Source: Acidimicrobiia bacterium (GTDB lineage: Bacteria; Actinomycetota; Acidimicrobiia; Spongiisociales; ZC4RG35). Taken from it: 60,759 nucleotides of DNA. Positions 38,047-47,732 of the stretch are shown here, in pieces. The DNA is taken from positions 1 to 60,759 of the forward strand of contig JAICRU010000006.1 of NCBI GenBank assembly GCA_025937235.1, given 5' to 3'. Made by a program: the position numbers and the translations under genes. Under the pieces are notes generated by a model. It was not told the DNA's origin. It saw only the letters and a program-made list of their open reading frames with translations, and did not search any database. Each line of letters begins with the position of its first letter. Position 1 is the stretch's first letter.

Positions 38047-39360
38047 TCAGGGCGTGGGTCCACGAGGAATCCGGGCGACCCCGCCGATGACGACACCGAG
38101 GATGGGGAGGCTGAGCACCAGCCCGTTGAGGCCGTCGGCATCGGCGATGCCGATCGCGGCCAACAAGCCGAGCCCGGTGCAGATCGCGAGGACGGCGAGG
38201 ACGGGGCGCCACCAGGGTGGGTTGGGCCGGGCGTCCACGACGGGATTCTCGAACCTGCCGAAGACGGCGACCAGGCCAAGCGTGAACAACCCGAGCACGA
38301 AGAACCAGAGGGGACGGGTCAGCCACCAGCCGGGGGTCAGCGGGGCGATGCCCAGCCCAAAGCCACTCGCCAGCAACGCGAGCCCGATGACGATCACCAT
38401 GGCGGTGAGGTGCCAGAGGTACGTGGTCATGATCCTGGCGCTGACTCCGACAACCACCATCCAGATCCCTCGCTTCATCGCCAAGCGGTGGAGGCGGCCC
38501 TCCAGTGCCAGGGCGATGCCTGCCTGGAAAAGGCCAAGGAAGGCCAGGGTCACCCGGGGCGGGTAGGAGTTGGTGATCTCGGTCGTGTCCAGCCCGACCA
38601 TCGCTACCGGATAGGGACCGAAACCCACCAGCAGCAGAGTGCCGAGCAGCCCGACCCCGGCCATGAGCATCCGCTTCCAGAGCCCGTCGAGTGTGCCGTC
38701 GAGCCAGGCGAACCCGAGCTGATGGACCGTTCCCCACACGAAGACATAGTTGAGGAACCCCACCGGTACGAGGCCGAGCCCGATCGACAGCCAGTCGCAG
38801 AGGGCGGCGAGGGCCGCACCGGAGAGGATCGAGAGCCAGCCCCAACGATCCCAGATCCACAGCGCCGTCGGGGCCAACGTGACGATCACGACGTAGGCGG
38901 CCAAGAACCAGGTCGGGACCAGGGCCACCTGAGAGGCGAGTTGCAGCATCTCCCAATTGAGGCCGGCCCGCAGCCCCAGCCAGCCGCCAAAGGCCCAAAC
39001 CAGGAGCAGCGGCACCACGGGGAGGATGAGCCGCCGCAACCGCGCCCTCAGCCAGCCCCCGTATCTCTCACGTCGCACTCGCGCCGATCGCCAGGAGAGC
39101 CCGTTGGCGTAACCGCCGACCAGGAAGAAGACCGGCATGACCTGAAAGACCCAGGTCAGGGGGTGCGTCCAGTCGGCGAGGATGAGGAGATGCCCGGCCG
39201 TGAGCTCCCCTCCCTCGACCGTCACCGCCGCCATCAGCCAGTGGCCGAACACGACGACCAGGATCGATGCGACCCGTAGAAGGTCGACGACGCGGTTGCG
39301 GTCTGACGGCGTCGAGTCGGCGGCGCGACGGACTGAGGCCACGAATCCCATGGCCTCCAT
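38047..39360 (-). CDS. Acyltransferase family 3 membrane protein
   Basis: RNRVVDLLR, VVVFGHW, TWVFQVMPVFFLVGG and MTTYLWH. Confidence 0.85.
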   Translation of the reverse strand: MEAMGFVASVRRAADSTPSDRNRVVDLLRVASILVVVFGHWLMAAVTVEGGELTAGHLLILADWTHPLTWVFQVMPVFFLVGGYANGLSWRSARVRRERYGGWLRARLRRLILPVVPLLLVWAFGGWLGLRAGLNWEMLQLASQVALVPTWFLAAYVVIVTLAPTALWIWDRWGWLSILSGAALAALCDWLSIGLGLVPVGFLNYVFVWGTVHQLGFAWLDGTLDGLWKRMLMAGVGLLGTLLLVGFGPYPVAMVGLDTTEITNSYPPRVTLAFLGLFQAGIALALEGRLHRLAMKRGIWMVVVGVSARIMTTYLWHLTAMVIVIGLALLASGFGLGIAPLTPGWWLTRPLWFFVLGLFTLGLVAVFGRFENPVVDARPNPPWWRPVLAVLAICTGLGLLAAIGIADADGLNGLVLSLPILGVVIGGVARIPRGPTP

Positions 39361-39384
39361 TCTCGCTCTAGCGTCCCCAGCCTG

Positions 39385-40041
39385 ATGGAAGGCCGGTCTC
39401 TGCCCCATGGGGCCCGCTCGTTGCTCATCGTCGGGGGCGCGTACGTGGCGGCCCAGATGATGTCGGACATCGCCAGTCTCCGCATCATCTCGATCGCGGG
39501 TCACGCGGTCGACGCCGGGACCCTGATCTACCCATTCACGTTCACACTGCGCGACCTGATCCACAAGATCGGGGGCAGGGACGCGGCCCGCACGCTGATC
39601 TTCCTGGCCGCAGGGATCAACGTGGTGATGGCCGGCTTCTTCTGGCTCGTGGCCCACCTGCCCGCCGACCCGATCACCGGGCCACAGCCCGGTTTCGGGG
39701 AGGTCCTCTCCCCGGTGTGGGGGATCGTGGCGGCGTCGATCGTCGCCGAGGTCGTCTCCGAGCTCATCGACACCGAGGCGTACCAGCGTTGGACCCTCTG
39801 GTTCGGTGAGCGGAGGCAGTGGGGAAGGGTCTTGTTCAGCAACGCAATCGCCATCCCGGTGGATTCGGCCATTTTCGTGGGTCTCGCCACCCTGTTCGGG
39901 ATCTTCCCCTCCGATGTTGCCTGGTCCATCTTCTGGGTGAATGTGGTCATAAAGGCGCTGGTGACGTTGATCTCGATCCCCTGGATCTACTGGGTCCGGC
40001 CCGAGCCCCTGGCGGCGACTTCCACTCGAAATGCCCGTTAA
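39385..40041 (+). CDS. Queuosine precursor transporter (VUT/YhhQ family)
   Basis: GTLIYPFTFTLRDL, ASIVAEVVSELID, SN...VDS pattern. Confidence 0.82.
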   Translation: MEGRSLPHGARSLLIVGGAYVAAQMMSDIASLRIISIAGHAVDAGTLIYPFTFTLRDLIHKIGGRDAARTLIFLAAGINVVMAGFFWLVAHLPADPITGPQPGFGEVLSPVWGIVAASIVAEVVSELIDTEAYQRWTLWFGERRQWGRVLFSNAIAIPVDSAIFVGLATLFGIFPSDVAWSIFWVNVVIKALVTLISIPWIYWVRPEPLAATSTRNAR

Positions 40042-40098
40042 TGTGGCCCGCGGGCAGGGGGTTTCCCTGTCCATTTGAGCAATTGGAGGAATTCCAGC

Positions 40099-41283
40099 GT
40101 GAAACGCAATCTGCGGTATCTCGCCCTTTTCGCGGTGCTGACACTGGTCCTGGCGGCCTGTGGCGACGGCGAAGGCGGCGACACCACCACCACGGCGGGA
40201 GGTGACACCACCACGTCAGCCGCCGCTGATACGACGACCACGGCAGGTGGGGGCACCAGCACCACGGCCGGCGGTGAGACGACCACGACGGCGGGCGCGG
40301 CCCCGGACGGCACCGGCCGGACCGTGGGCATGGCCTTCGATGTGGGTGGCCGGGGCGACCTGTCGTTCAACGACCTCGCCGCCGCCGCCTGGGACAACGC
40401 CATCGCCGAGTACGGCATCACCGGGCAAGAGCTCGCCCCCGACGCTGGCGGTGAGAACCGGGAGGAGAACCTGAGGCTGCTCGCCGAAGCAGGTCAGGAG
40501 CTCATCATCGCCAACGGCTTCGCCTTCGCTCAGAACGTGTGGCGGGTGGGCACCGAGTTCCCCGACACGATGTTCGCCATCACCGACGACTGCCCGCAGG
40601 ACGACACCTTCACCGTGGTGGAGATGCCCAACGTGCGGTGCATGTTGTTCTCCGAGGAGCAGGGCTCCTTCCTGATGGGCGTCGCCGCCGCCCTGAAGAG
40701 CACAAGCGGGACGGTCGGATTCATCGGAGGAGTGGAGACACCCCTCATCCTCAAGTTCCAGGCCGGTTTCGAGACGGGAGCGGCCGCGGCCAACCCGGAC
40801 ATCAACATCCTGCCCGCGGTGTACCTGACCCAGGTGCCGGACTTCACCGGGTTCAACGACCCGGTGAAGGGTAAGGAGGCCGCATTGGCGCTCTATGGCC
40901 AGGGAGCAGACGTGATCTACCACGCTGCGGGCGGCTCCGGCTTGGGCCTGTTCGAGGCGGCCGATGAGCTGTCGACCGACGACAGCCACCTGTGGGCCAT
41001 CGGGGTCGACGCCGACCAGTATGAGTCGGTGGGAGATCCCGTGCTCCAAGAGCACATATTGACCTCGATGCTGAAGCGGGTCGATGTCGCCGTGGACAAG
41101 GCGATCGTCGACTTCCTCAACGACGAGTTCACCCCGGGCCCGATCCGCCTCGGACTGGCCGAAGGGGGGATCGGATACGCGACCAGCGGCGGGTTCGTCG
41201 ATGACATCGCCGCTGATCTGGACGGCTATGCCGAGCAGATCATCGCGGGTGAGATCGAAGTCCCGACGGAGCCGGCGGCCTGA
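40099..41283 (+). CDS. BMP-family ABC transporter substrate-binding lipoprotein (nucleoside/purine)
   Basis: Lipobox LAAC, Thr-rich linker, GGRGDLSFN, IGVDADQ and SMLKRVD. Confidence 0.9.
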   Translation: MKRNLRYLALFAVLTLVLAACGDGEGGDTTTTAGGDTTTSAAADTTTTAGGGTSTTAGGETTTTAGAAPDGTGRTVGMAFDVGGRGDLSFNDLAAAAWDNAIAEYGITGQELAPDAGGENREENLRLLAEAGQELIIANGFAFAQNVWRVGTEFPDTMFAITDDCPQDDTFTVVEMPNVRCMLFSEEQGSFLMGVAAALKSTSGTVGFIGGVETPLILKFQAGFETGAAAANPDINILPAVYLTQVPDFTGFNDPVKGKEAALALYGQGADVIYHAAGGSGLGLFEAADELSTDDSHLWAIGVDADQYESVGDPVLQEHILTSMLKRVDVAVDKAIVDFLNDEFTPGPIRLGLAEGGIGYATSGGFVDDIAADLDGYAEQIIAGEIEVPTEPAA

Positions 41284-41306
41284 CCCAGGGCACGCCTGCT
41301 AACTTG

Positions 41307-41336
41307 CGCCGGGCCCAGGATCCCCTGGGCCCGGCG
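41307..41336 (+). terminator. GC-rich hairpin after the binding-protein gene (terminator or mRNA stabiliser)
   Basis: Perfect 13-bp stem CGCCGGGCCCAGG / CCTGGGCCCGGCG with ATCC loop and only a weak T tail. Confidence 0.6.
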
Positions 41337-41368
41337 TCCTATTTGGGCGGCGTTACTGGATTGGGGAG

Positions 41369-42895
41369 ATGGGCGAGGCACCCGCAATACGGCTGGAGGG
41401 CGTCACCAAGCGATACCCGGGTGTGGTCGCCAACAAAGACGTTGACCTGACCGTCCGGTCAGCCGAGGTCCATGCCGTCGTCGGCGAGAACGGAGCGGGC
41501 AAGTCGACCCTGATGAAGATCATCTACGGGATGGTCCGCCCCGACGAGGGAACGATCCAAATCGACGGCGAGCCGGTGAGCTTCCGGACCCCGAAAGACG
41601 CCATCGACGCCGGGATCGGCATGGTCCACCAGCACTTCATGCTGGCCGACAATCTCACCGTCCTGGAGAACGTGATCCTCGGCTCCGAGCCCCGGTCAGG
41701 CGTCATGATCGACTTCGACGCTGCGGCGGAGCGGATCACACAGCTCGGAAACGCGTATGGGCTCCGTCTCGACCCGAACCAAAAGGTGGAGAAGCTGTCG
41801 GTGGGCGAAAGACAGCGAGTCGAGATCATCAAGGTGCTCTACCGAGGGGCGCGCATTCTCATCCTCGACGAGCCGACCGCGGTCCTCGTCCCCCAGGAAG
41901 TGACCGATCTGTTCACCTCCTGTCTGAACCTGAAGGGTGAGGGCCACACCATCATCTTCATCTCCCACAAGCTGGACGAGGTCTTGGCCATTGCCGACCA
42001 CATCACCGTTATGCGAGATGGGCAGACGGTGGGCACTACGACGCCTGCCGAGGTCGACGCCCGGGAGCTCGCCGAGATGATGATTGGGTCGGAGCTGCCT
42101 TCACCGGAGACCCGGGAATCGACCGTTCAGGACAAGGTGTTGCTGCGGGTCGAAGGGCTGGCCCTGCAGTCCGATACCGGGCGGCAGGTGCTCGATGACA
42201 TCAGTTTCGAGGTCCATGCCGGCGAGATCGTCGGTATCGCCGGTGTCGAAGGCAACGGCCAGTCCCAGCTGGTCGACTCGATCATCGGGGTGATCCCAGA
42301 GGCCACCGGCGAGATCGCACTCGACGGGAGATCGTTGGTGGGCCTCCCCACCCGCGAGCGTCGCGGGGCCGGTCTGGGTCTCATCCCCGAAGATCGTCAC
42401 CGTCAGGGATTGTTGCTCGGGTCCCCGATTTGGGAGAACGCCGCCCTCGGCCATCAGGACAAGGAGCCCTACGCCAACGGGATCTGGATCGACAAGAAGG
42501 CCTCGAGGGAACAGACCGAGGAGATCGTTCGTCGATTCGACGTCGTCACGCCCAACGTCGACGTCCCGGCCGCTGCTCTCTCCGGAGGCAACCAGCAGAA
42601 GCTCGTGGTGGGCCGAGAGATCATGGCCGGGCCGGTGGTGCTGATCGCGGCTCAGCCCACGCGTGGCATCGACATCGGGGCCCAGGCCGCGGTGTGGGAG
42701 GAGCTGAAGACGGCACGGCAGAACGGGATGGGAATCCTGCTCATCTCCGCGGACCTCGATGAGCTGATCGGGCTCTCCGACACCATTCACGTCCTGTTCG
42801 AAGGCGAGCTGGTCGCCGAGCTCGACCCGTCCGAGATCACACCCGAGATACTCGGCTCTTACATGACCGGAGCCGGGGCGAAGAGGGCCTCGTGA
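41369..42895 (+). CDS. Nucleoside/sugar ABC transporter ATP-binding protein (tandem domains)
   Basis: GENGAGKST, LDEPT, LSGGNQQK and QPTRGID. Confidence 0.92.
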   Translation: MGEAPAIRLEGVTKRYPGVVANKDVDLTVRSAEVHAVVGENGAGKSTLMKIIYGMVRPDEGTIQIDGEPVSFRTPKDAIDAGIGMVHQHFMLADNLTVLENVILGSEPRSGVMIDFDAAAERITQLGNAYGLRLDPNQKVEKLSVGERQRVEIIKVLYRGARILILDEPTAVLVPQEVTDLFTSCLNLKGEGHTIIFISHKLDEVLAIADHITVMRDGQTVGTTTPAEVDARELAEMMIGSELPSPETRESTVQDKVLLRVEGLALQSDTGRQVLDDISFEVHAGEIVGIAGVEGNGQSQLVDSIIGVIPEATGEIALDGRSLVGLPTRERRGAGLGLIPEDRHRQGLLLGSPIWENAALGHQDKEPYANGIWIDKKASREQTEEIVRRFDVVTPNVDVPAAALSGGNQQKLVVGREIMAGPVVLIAAQPTRGIDIGAQAAVWEELKTARQNGMGILLISADLDELIGLSDTIHVLFEGELVAELDPSEITPEILGSYMTGAGAKRAS

Positions 42896-44010
42896 AGAGC
42901 GGACGTCTGCTCACGACGGTCGTCGCCCCGCTCATCGCGCTGGTCATCGCCTTCGGCATCGCCGCCCTCGCCCTGCTCCTGGTCGACATCGACCCGATTG
43001 CGGCGTATCAGGAGATGTTGTCTTTTGGTCTGAGCACCGAGTCTCTGATCATCACGGTCAACAACGCGCTGCCCCTGTTCGTCTCCGCTCTGGCCGTCGC
43101 GATCGGATTCAAGATGGGTTTGTTCAACATCGGTGTCGAGGGGGCATATCTGCTGGCCGCGCTCTTTGCCGCCTATGTCGGCGCCCAGTTCTCCATCACG
43201 CCCATTCTCCACGTGTCGGCCATCCTCTTGGTCGCTGCCGCGGTTGGGGCCTTCTGGGCCTGGATCCCGGCTGTGCTCAAGGTGAAGCGCGGGGTCCACG
43301 AGGTGATCTCCACGATCATGCTCAACTACATCGCGTTCGCCCTCAGCGCTTACTTGTTCCTCAACGTCTTCCGGGCGGAGACGGCGGGGCTGACCGTGGC
43401 CACCGATCTCATCCCGGAGACGGGATGGATCCCGTCACTCAACCCGATCCTGGCCTGGTTCGGGATAGAGGCGCGAGCAGGAGCCAACCTCCACGGGTTT
43501 CTCTTCATCGCCATCTTCCTGGGCATCGGCTACCACTTCCTGGTGAACAAGAGCCGCTTTGGATACGATCTGAGATCGAGCGGGGCCAACCCGACGGCGG
43601 CCCACGCCAGCGGTGTCGATCCCAAGAAGATGGTCATCCGGACCATGCTGATCTCCGGGGCCTTGGCCGGCCTGGTCGGCATCGCCCCTTTGCTCGGGTT
43701 CTATCACCAGTACCCGCAAGACTTTCCCCGCAACTTCGGGTTCAACGGCATCGCGGTGGCGCTGCTGGGGCGCAATCACCCGGTCGGGATGGCGTTCGGG
43801 GCGCTGCTGTTCGGGTTCATGCAGCGCTCGTCGCTGATCCTCGACCTGGTGGACGTTCCCAAGGAGATCGTCACCATCATCCAAGGCATCGTCGTCCTCG
43901 CCGTGGTCATCGTCTACGAGATCATCTCCAGATACGTCAACCGCCGGGTCATCGCCTCGGCGGCTGCTGCTACCGAGACGGCTCCCGATGCCCCACCGGT
44001 GGCCGCATGA
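42892..44010 (+). CDS. Nucleoside ABC transporter permease
   Basis: FNIGVEG, EVISTIMLNY and GFNGIAVALLGRN. Confidence 0.9.
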   Translation: MKSGRLLTTVVAPLIALVIAFGIAALALLLVDIDPIAAYQEMLSFGLSTESLIITVNNALPLFVSALAVAIGFKMGLFNIGVEGAYLLAALFAAYVGAQFSITPILHVSAILLVAAAVGAFWAWIPAVLKVKRGVHEVISTIMLNYIAFALSAYLFLNVFRAETAGLTVATDLIPETGWIPSLNPILAWFGIEARAGANLHGFLFIAIFLGIGYHFLVNKSRFGYDLRSSGANPTAAHASGVDPKKMVIRTMLISGALAGLVGIAPLLGFYHQYPQDFPRNFGFNGIAVALLGRNHPVGMAFGALLFGFMQRSSLILDLVDVPKEIVTIIQGIVVLAVVIVYEIISRYVNRRVIASAAAATETAPDAPPVAA

Positions 44011-45269
44011 CCGCCCTCGTCGAGCGTTACCGGAACACCGGGCGGTGGGCCCGGATCGTTGTGATCGCCTTGATTGCCATCCTGGTGATGACGATCGCCG
44101 AGGTGATCACCGGCACCTCCGACCTGACTTCACGCAGTACCGCAAGCGCCGCCTTGCGTCTCGCCATCCCGATCCTCCTCGCCGGTCTGGGCGGGCTCTA
44201 CTCGGAGCGATCCGGTGTGGTCAACATCGGTCTCGAGGGGATGATGATCGCCGGCACGTGGTTCGCAGCCTGGGGTGCCTGGATGTTCGGTCCCTGGGAA
44301 GGGGCGTTGCTCGGAATCGTCGGTGGCGCCATCTTCGGCCTGCTCCACGCCCTGGCCACCGTCACCTTCAACGTCGACCACATCGTGTCCGGCGTCGCCA
44401 TCAACATCCTCGGTCTCGGGGCGATGCGGTTCCTGTCCTCGATCGTCTACACCCCAGAAACGGGCGGTTCGGTGATCCAGTCCCCACCGGTCGATGGCCT
44501 GGCCAGCATCGATCTGCCTTTCCTGGCCGGGGGTCGTCTCTTCGGATGGGACACCCCCGATTTCTTCGGTTGGCTGGAGACTCAGGAGTGGTTCTTCATC
44601 TCGGACATCGCCGGTGTGATGCGCGGTTTCACGGGCGCGATCAGCTGGTTGACCCTCATCGGCCTGGCGTTGGTGCCCATCACGGCCTGGGTGCTGTGGC
44701 GGACGCCTTGGGGGCTCCGACTTCGCTCCTGTGGGGAGGACCCCTGGGCAGCGGAGTCCCTGGGTGTCCCCGTGCTGCGGATGAAGTACTACGGCGTGGT
44801 CATCTCCGGGATGCTTTCCGGGCTGGCGGGGGCGTTCCTGGTCCTGGTCCAGGCCGGCATCTATAGGGAGGGGATGACCGGTGGGCGAGGCTTCATCGGC
44901 CTGGGTGCTCTCATCTTCGGCAACTGGTTGCCGGCAGGGGTGCTTGGCGGATCGCTTGTGTTCGGCTTCGGTGACTCGCTGCGCTTCCGCGGTCCGGAGG
45001 TCGTCCGCTCCTTCATCCTGGCGGTCGCCATCGGTCTCATCGCCTATGGCGTCTTCTCCTTCACCCGGACGAAGATCCGGGCGGCCACAATCCAAACCGT
45101 CGTGGGTGCGGCCTTCCTCCTCTACTACCTACAGGTCGAGGAGGTCTCCAACCAGCTCCTCATCGCACTCCCCTACGTGATAACGCTGCTCGTCCTGGCG
45201 GCGGCGTCACAACACCTGCGAATGCCGGCCGCCGACGGGGCCCGATACGCCAAGGGCGAGGCCCGATAG
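44007..45269 (+). CDS. Nucleoside ABC transporter permease
   Basis: SERSGVVNIGLEG, GLRLRSCGE, GRGFIGL and LPYVIT; ATG overlaps the previous stop. Confidence 0.9.
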   Translation: MTALVERYRNTGRWARIVVIALIAILVMTIAEVITGTSDLTSRSTASAALRLAIPILLAGLGGLYSERSGVVNIGLEGMMIAGTWFAAWGAWMFGPWEGALLGIVGGAIFGLLHALATVTFNVDHIVSGVAINILGLGAMRFLSSIVYTPETGGSVIQSPPVDGLASIDLPFLAGGRLFGWDTPDFFGWLETQEWFFISDIAGVMRGFTGAISWLTLIGLALVPITAWVLWRTPWGLRLRSCGEDPWAAESLGVPVLRMKYYGVVISGMLSGLAGAFLVLVQAGIYREGMTGGRGFIGLGALIFGNWLPAGVLGGSLVFGFGDSLRFRGPEVVRSFILAVAIGLIAYGVFSFTRTKIRAATIQTVVGAAFLLYYLQVEEVSNQLLIALPYVITLLVLAAASQHLRMPAADGARYAKGEAR

Positions 45270-45303
45270 GGTTCTCGCCCTGACCAGAGTCCGATCGGGG
45301 CAG

Positions 45304-46527
45304 ATGTTCGATCCCTATTCGCCCGAGTTCCTCGAGGACCCGTATCCGGTCTACACCCGGCTTCGCCTGGAGTCCCCGGTTTTCCACGACCCGGCATGGG
45401 AGCTCACCTTCTTCACCCGCCACGCCGACGTGTCGGCCATCTTGAGAGACCGGGAGCACTTCGGGCGTGACTTCCGCCACCGTCTCGACCCAGCCGAGGT
45501 CGATGAGGGCCTCTACCGGCGCATCTACCCCCCGCAATGGCCGAGCTGGTCCCGTTACATCCGTGAGTCCTTCATCGATCTCGAGCCACCCCGCCACACC
45601 CGACTTCGGCGACTGGTGTCGCAGGCCTTCACGAGGAGATCTTCGGAGGTCTTCCGCCCTCGTCTGGAGAAGGCGGCCGACCAGATCCTCGACCGGGTGT
45701 TGGAGGAGGGCAAGCTCGAGGTCATCGAGGACTTCGCCACACCCATCCCGGTGGCGATGATCGCCGAGCTGATGGGGATACCGAGCGACGACCATGCGCA
45801 GCTGTTGCGATGGAGCCATGCCATCGTCAAGGTCTTCGACAAGAACGTGACCCCGGTGGAGGGCGATGCCGCCGAGCAGGCGACCATCGATTTCGTCGCC
45901 TATCTGAAAGGTGTCATCGACGAGCGGAGACGGAGAAGGGGAGAGGACTTGATCTCATCGATGCTCGAAGTGGAGGACAGGGGCGACACCCTGAGCGACG
46001 AGGAGATCGTCGGAACCTCCATCCTCACTCTCAACGCAGGGCACGAGGCCACCGTGCACGCCATCGGCAACGGTCTGTTGGCGCTCGCCGGCAACCGTGA
46101 TCAATATCAGCGGCTGCGAGGCGGAGAGATGCGGCTCCAGCCGGCCGTCGACGAGCTGCTCCGGTTCGACTCGCCCTTGCAGATGTTCGAGCGGTGGGTG
46201 CTCGCCGATACCGAGCTCTCCGGCACTCGTCTGGAGAAGGGGTCGAAAGTCGGGCTGCTGTTTGGCTCGGCCAATCGCGATCCGGATATCTTCGGGCCGG
46301 ACGCCGAGCGACTCGACCTCGGTCGCGACCCCAATCCTCACGTCTCGTTCGGGGCGGGGTTGCACTATTGCGTCGGGGCTCCCCTGGCGATGGTCGAGCT
46401 AGAGGCCGCGCTCGGGCGTTTCTCTGCCCGCGTAGCCGACCTGGAGGTGCGGGACGTCTCGGGCCGTATCCAGTCGCTGGTCTTTCGTGGCCTGCAGCAT
46501 CTGGAGATGGAGATCGCCGCCGCCTGA
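45304..46527 (+). CDS. Cytochrome P450
   Basis: PPRHTRLR, I-helix AGHEAT, ExxR (ELLR) and heme motif FGAGLHYCVG. Confidence 0.93.
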   Translation: MFDPYSPEFLEDPYPVYTRLRLESPVFHDPAWELTFFTRHADVSAILRDREHFGRDFRHRLDPAEVDEGLYRRIYPPQWPSWSRYIRESFIDLEPPRHTRLRRLVSQAFTRRSSEVFRPRLEKAADQILDRVLEEGKLEVIEDFATPIPVAMIAELMGIPSDDHAQLLRWSHAIVKVFDKNVTPVEGDAAEQATIDFVAYLKGVIDERRRRRGEDLISSMLEVEDRGDTLSDEEIVGTSILTLNAGHEATVHAIGNGLLALAGNRDQYQRLRGGEMRLQPAVDELLRFDSPLQMFERWVLADTELSGTRLEKGSKVGLLFGSANRDPDIFGPDAERLDLGRDPNPHVSFGAGLHYCVGAPLAMVELEAALGRFSARVADLEVRDVSGRIQSLVFRGLQHLEMEIAAA

Positions 46528-46537
46528 GGGCGGCAGG

Positions 46538-47560
46538 TCAGGAGGCCGCGGTGGTGGTGGGGGCGACGGTCGACGAGCCGGCAACCGTGGTCTGCGTGGC
46601 CCCGGCCGAGCCGTTGGTCCCGTTGGTGACCCCGCCGGGGCGCCCGATCACCCTGATCTCCTGGATCGCCATCTCGGTGAAGACTTCCTCGTCGACTACC
46701 TCGGCCGGGTAGTCGCTCTCGATGGTGATCAGGATGGAGGTGGCGTCGAGAGCGGCAAAGGGAACCGGGTAGCTGCCCGCGACGTCCTCGAGCTGGACAA
46801 GCACGGGCTGTAACGAGTTGTCGGCTTCGATTTGGATGCCCCGGGCGCGATAGTTCCTCCTGAGCCGGGTGGCGTCCTCCAGATTGACCCAGTCGATCCG
46901 ATGGACGACGGTGGGCCGATCGAAGATCAGCCTGATGGTGATCGCCTCTCCCTCGGGCACCGCCTCGTAATCGAACTGGTACTCGCCCTCGGTGCCGTCG
47001 ATCAAGTTCTCACAGACGAACGAGCCGAGCCCTTCCTGACTGCACTCGGCGTCGAGCACGTCGATGGGGGCAAGCTCTGCGATGGTGGTGCTGGTGGCGG
47101 CAGGCGTCGTGGTCGACGATCCCGAGGCGCTCGGGTCTCCGTTGAACACGTTGAAGAGGAGTGCGACCACAACTACCCCAAAGAGAAGCGCGCTGATGGC
47201 GAGGGCGGCCCGCACCCCGGCGGTCGCCTGCACCGCGGGGCGGGGAGCGGTGGGAAGAGGCCCCTGGCTGAGCCTCGCCCCGCACTCCTGACAATGGCGG
47301 TTGTTGGCCGGGTTTACTGCCCCGCAGGACGGACATGTGGCTTCACCGACCCCCGCAGTTGAGCGGGCGCGGTCGGATTCGGGCGGTGGGGAGCTGAGCT
47401 CGAACTCCTCGTAGTTGCCGTCGGAGTTGACCGAGATGACGTTTTCGCGTGATCGGGAGGGTGTTGGCTCCAATGGATCGAGAAACGAGCCGCACGTCGG
47501 GCAGAACTGCTCGTCGGCCGCGACGGTCGCGCCGCACTGTTCACATTTTCGTGAGGCCAC
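46538..47560 (-). CDS. Zinc-ribbon membrane protein with C-terminal extracytoplasmic domain
   Basis: CEQC/CPTC and CPSC/CQEC pairs, one TM helix, S/T-rich linkers and a beta-rich C-terminal region. Confidence 0.75.
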   Translation of the reverse strand: MASRKCEQCGATVAADEQFCPTCGSFLDPLEPTPSRSRENVISVNSDGNYEEFELSSPPPESDRARSTAGVGEATCPSCGAVNPANNRHCQECGARLSQGPLPTAPRPAVQATAGVRAALAISALLFGVVVVALLFNVFNGDPSASGSSTTTPAATSTTIAELAPIDVLDAECSQEGLGSFVCENLIDGTEGEYQFDYEAVPEGEAITIRLIFDRPTVVHRIDWVNLEDATRLRRNYRARGIQIEADNSLQPVLVQLEDVAGSYPVPFAALDATSILITIESDYPAEVVDEEVFTEMAIQEIRVIGRPGGVTNGTNGSAGATQTTVAGSSTVAPTTTAAS

Positions 47561-47590
47561 ATCCCTCCTTCGTAGTTATTGTGCCACGGG

Positions 47591-47713
47591 ATGTTTTTGT
47601 GGGCGATCAGAACCCATGAGCCCTGGACGATCGCCACGGTTCTGACTACCACGATCCTCGGCGCGGCACTGGTGGGGGCCTTGATATTTGTCGTTCGACG
47701 GCGCAATCGTTAA
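47591..47713 (+). CDS. Putative 40-aa single-pass membrane peptide
   Basis: MFLWAIRTHEPWTIATVLTTTILGAALVGALIFVVRRRNR*; TM helix followed by a basic tail; fills the gap before radA. Confidence 0.5.
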   Translation: MFLWAIRTHEPWTIATVLTTTILGAALVGALIFVVRRRNR

Positions 47714-47732
47714 CTGGAGAAGGTATCCGAAA

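Noticed and set aside
37651-39279. 542-aa plus-strand ORF and the many other long overlapping ORFs in the track
   Set aside because: Shadows of genes with clear family motifs on another strand or frame; composition is Arg/Pro/Gly-rich.
39361-39384. Possible preQ1 riboswitch before the VUT transporter
   Set aside because: The divergent spacer is only 24 nt and lacks the preQ1 stem and A-rich tail.
38047-40074. 675-aa version of the acyltransferase
   Set aside because: The N-terminal extension is the antisense of the VUT transporter; the real start is near 39360.
40180-40295. ACCACCACG-type repeats in the BMP lipoprotein gene
   Set aside because: They encode an ordinary Thr-rich lipoprotein linker (GDTTTTAG).
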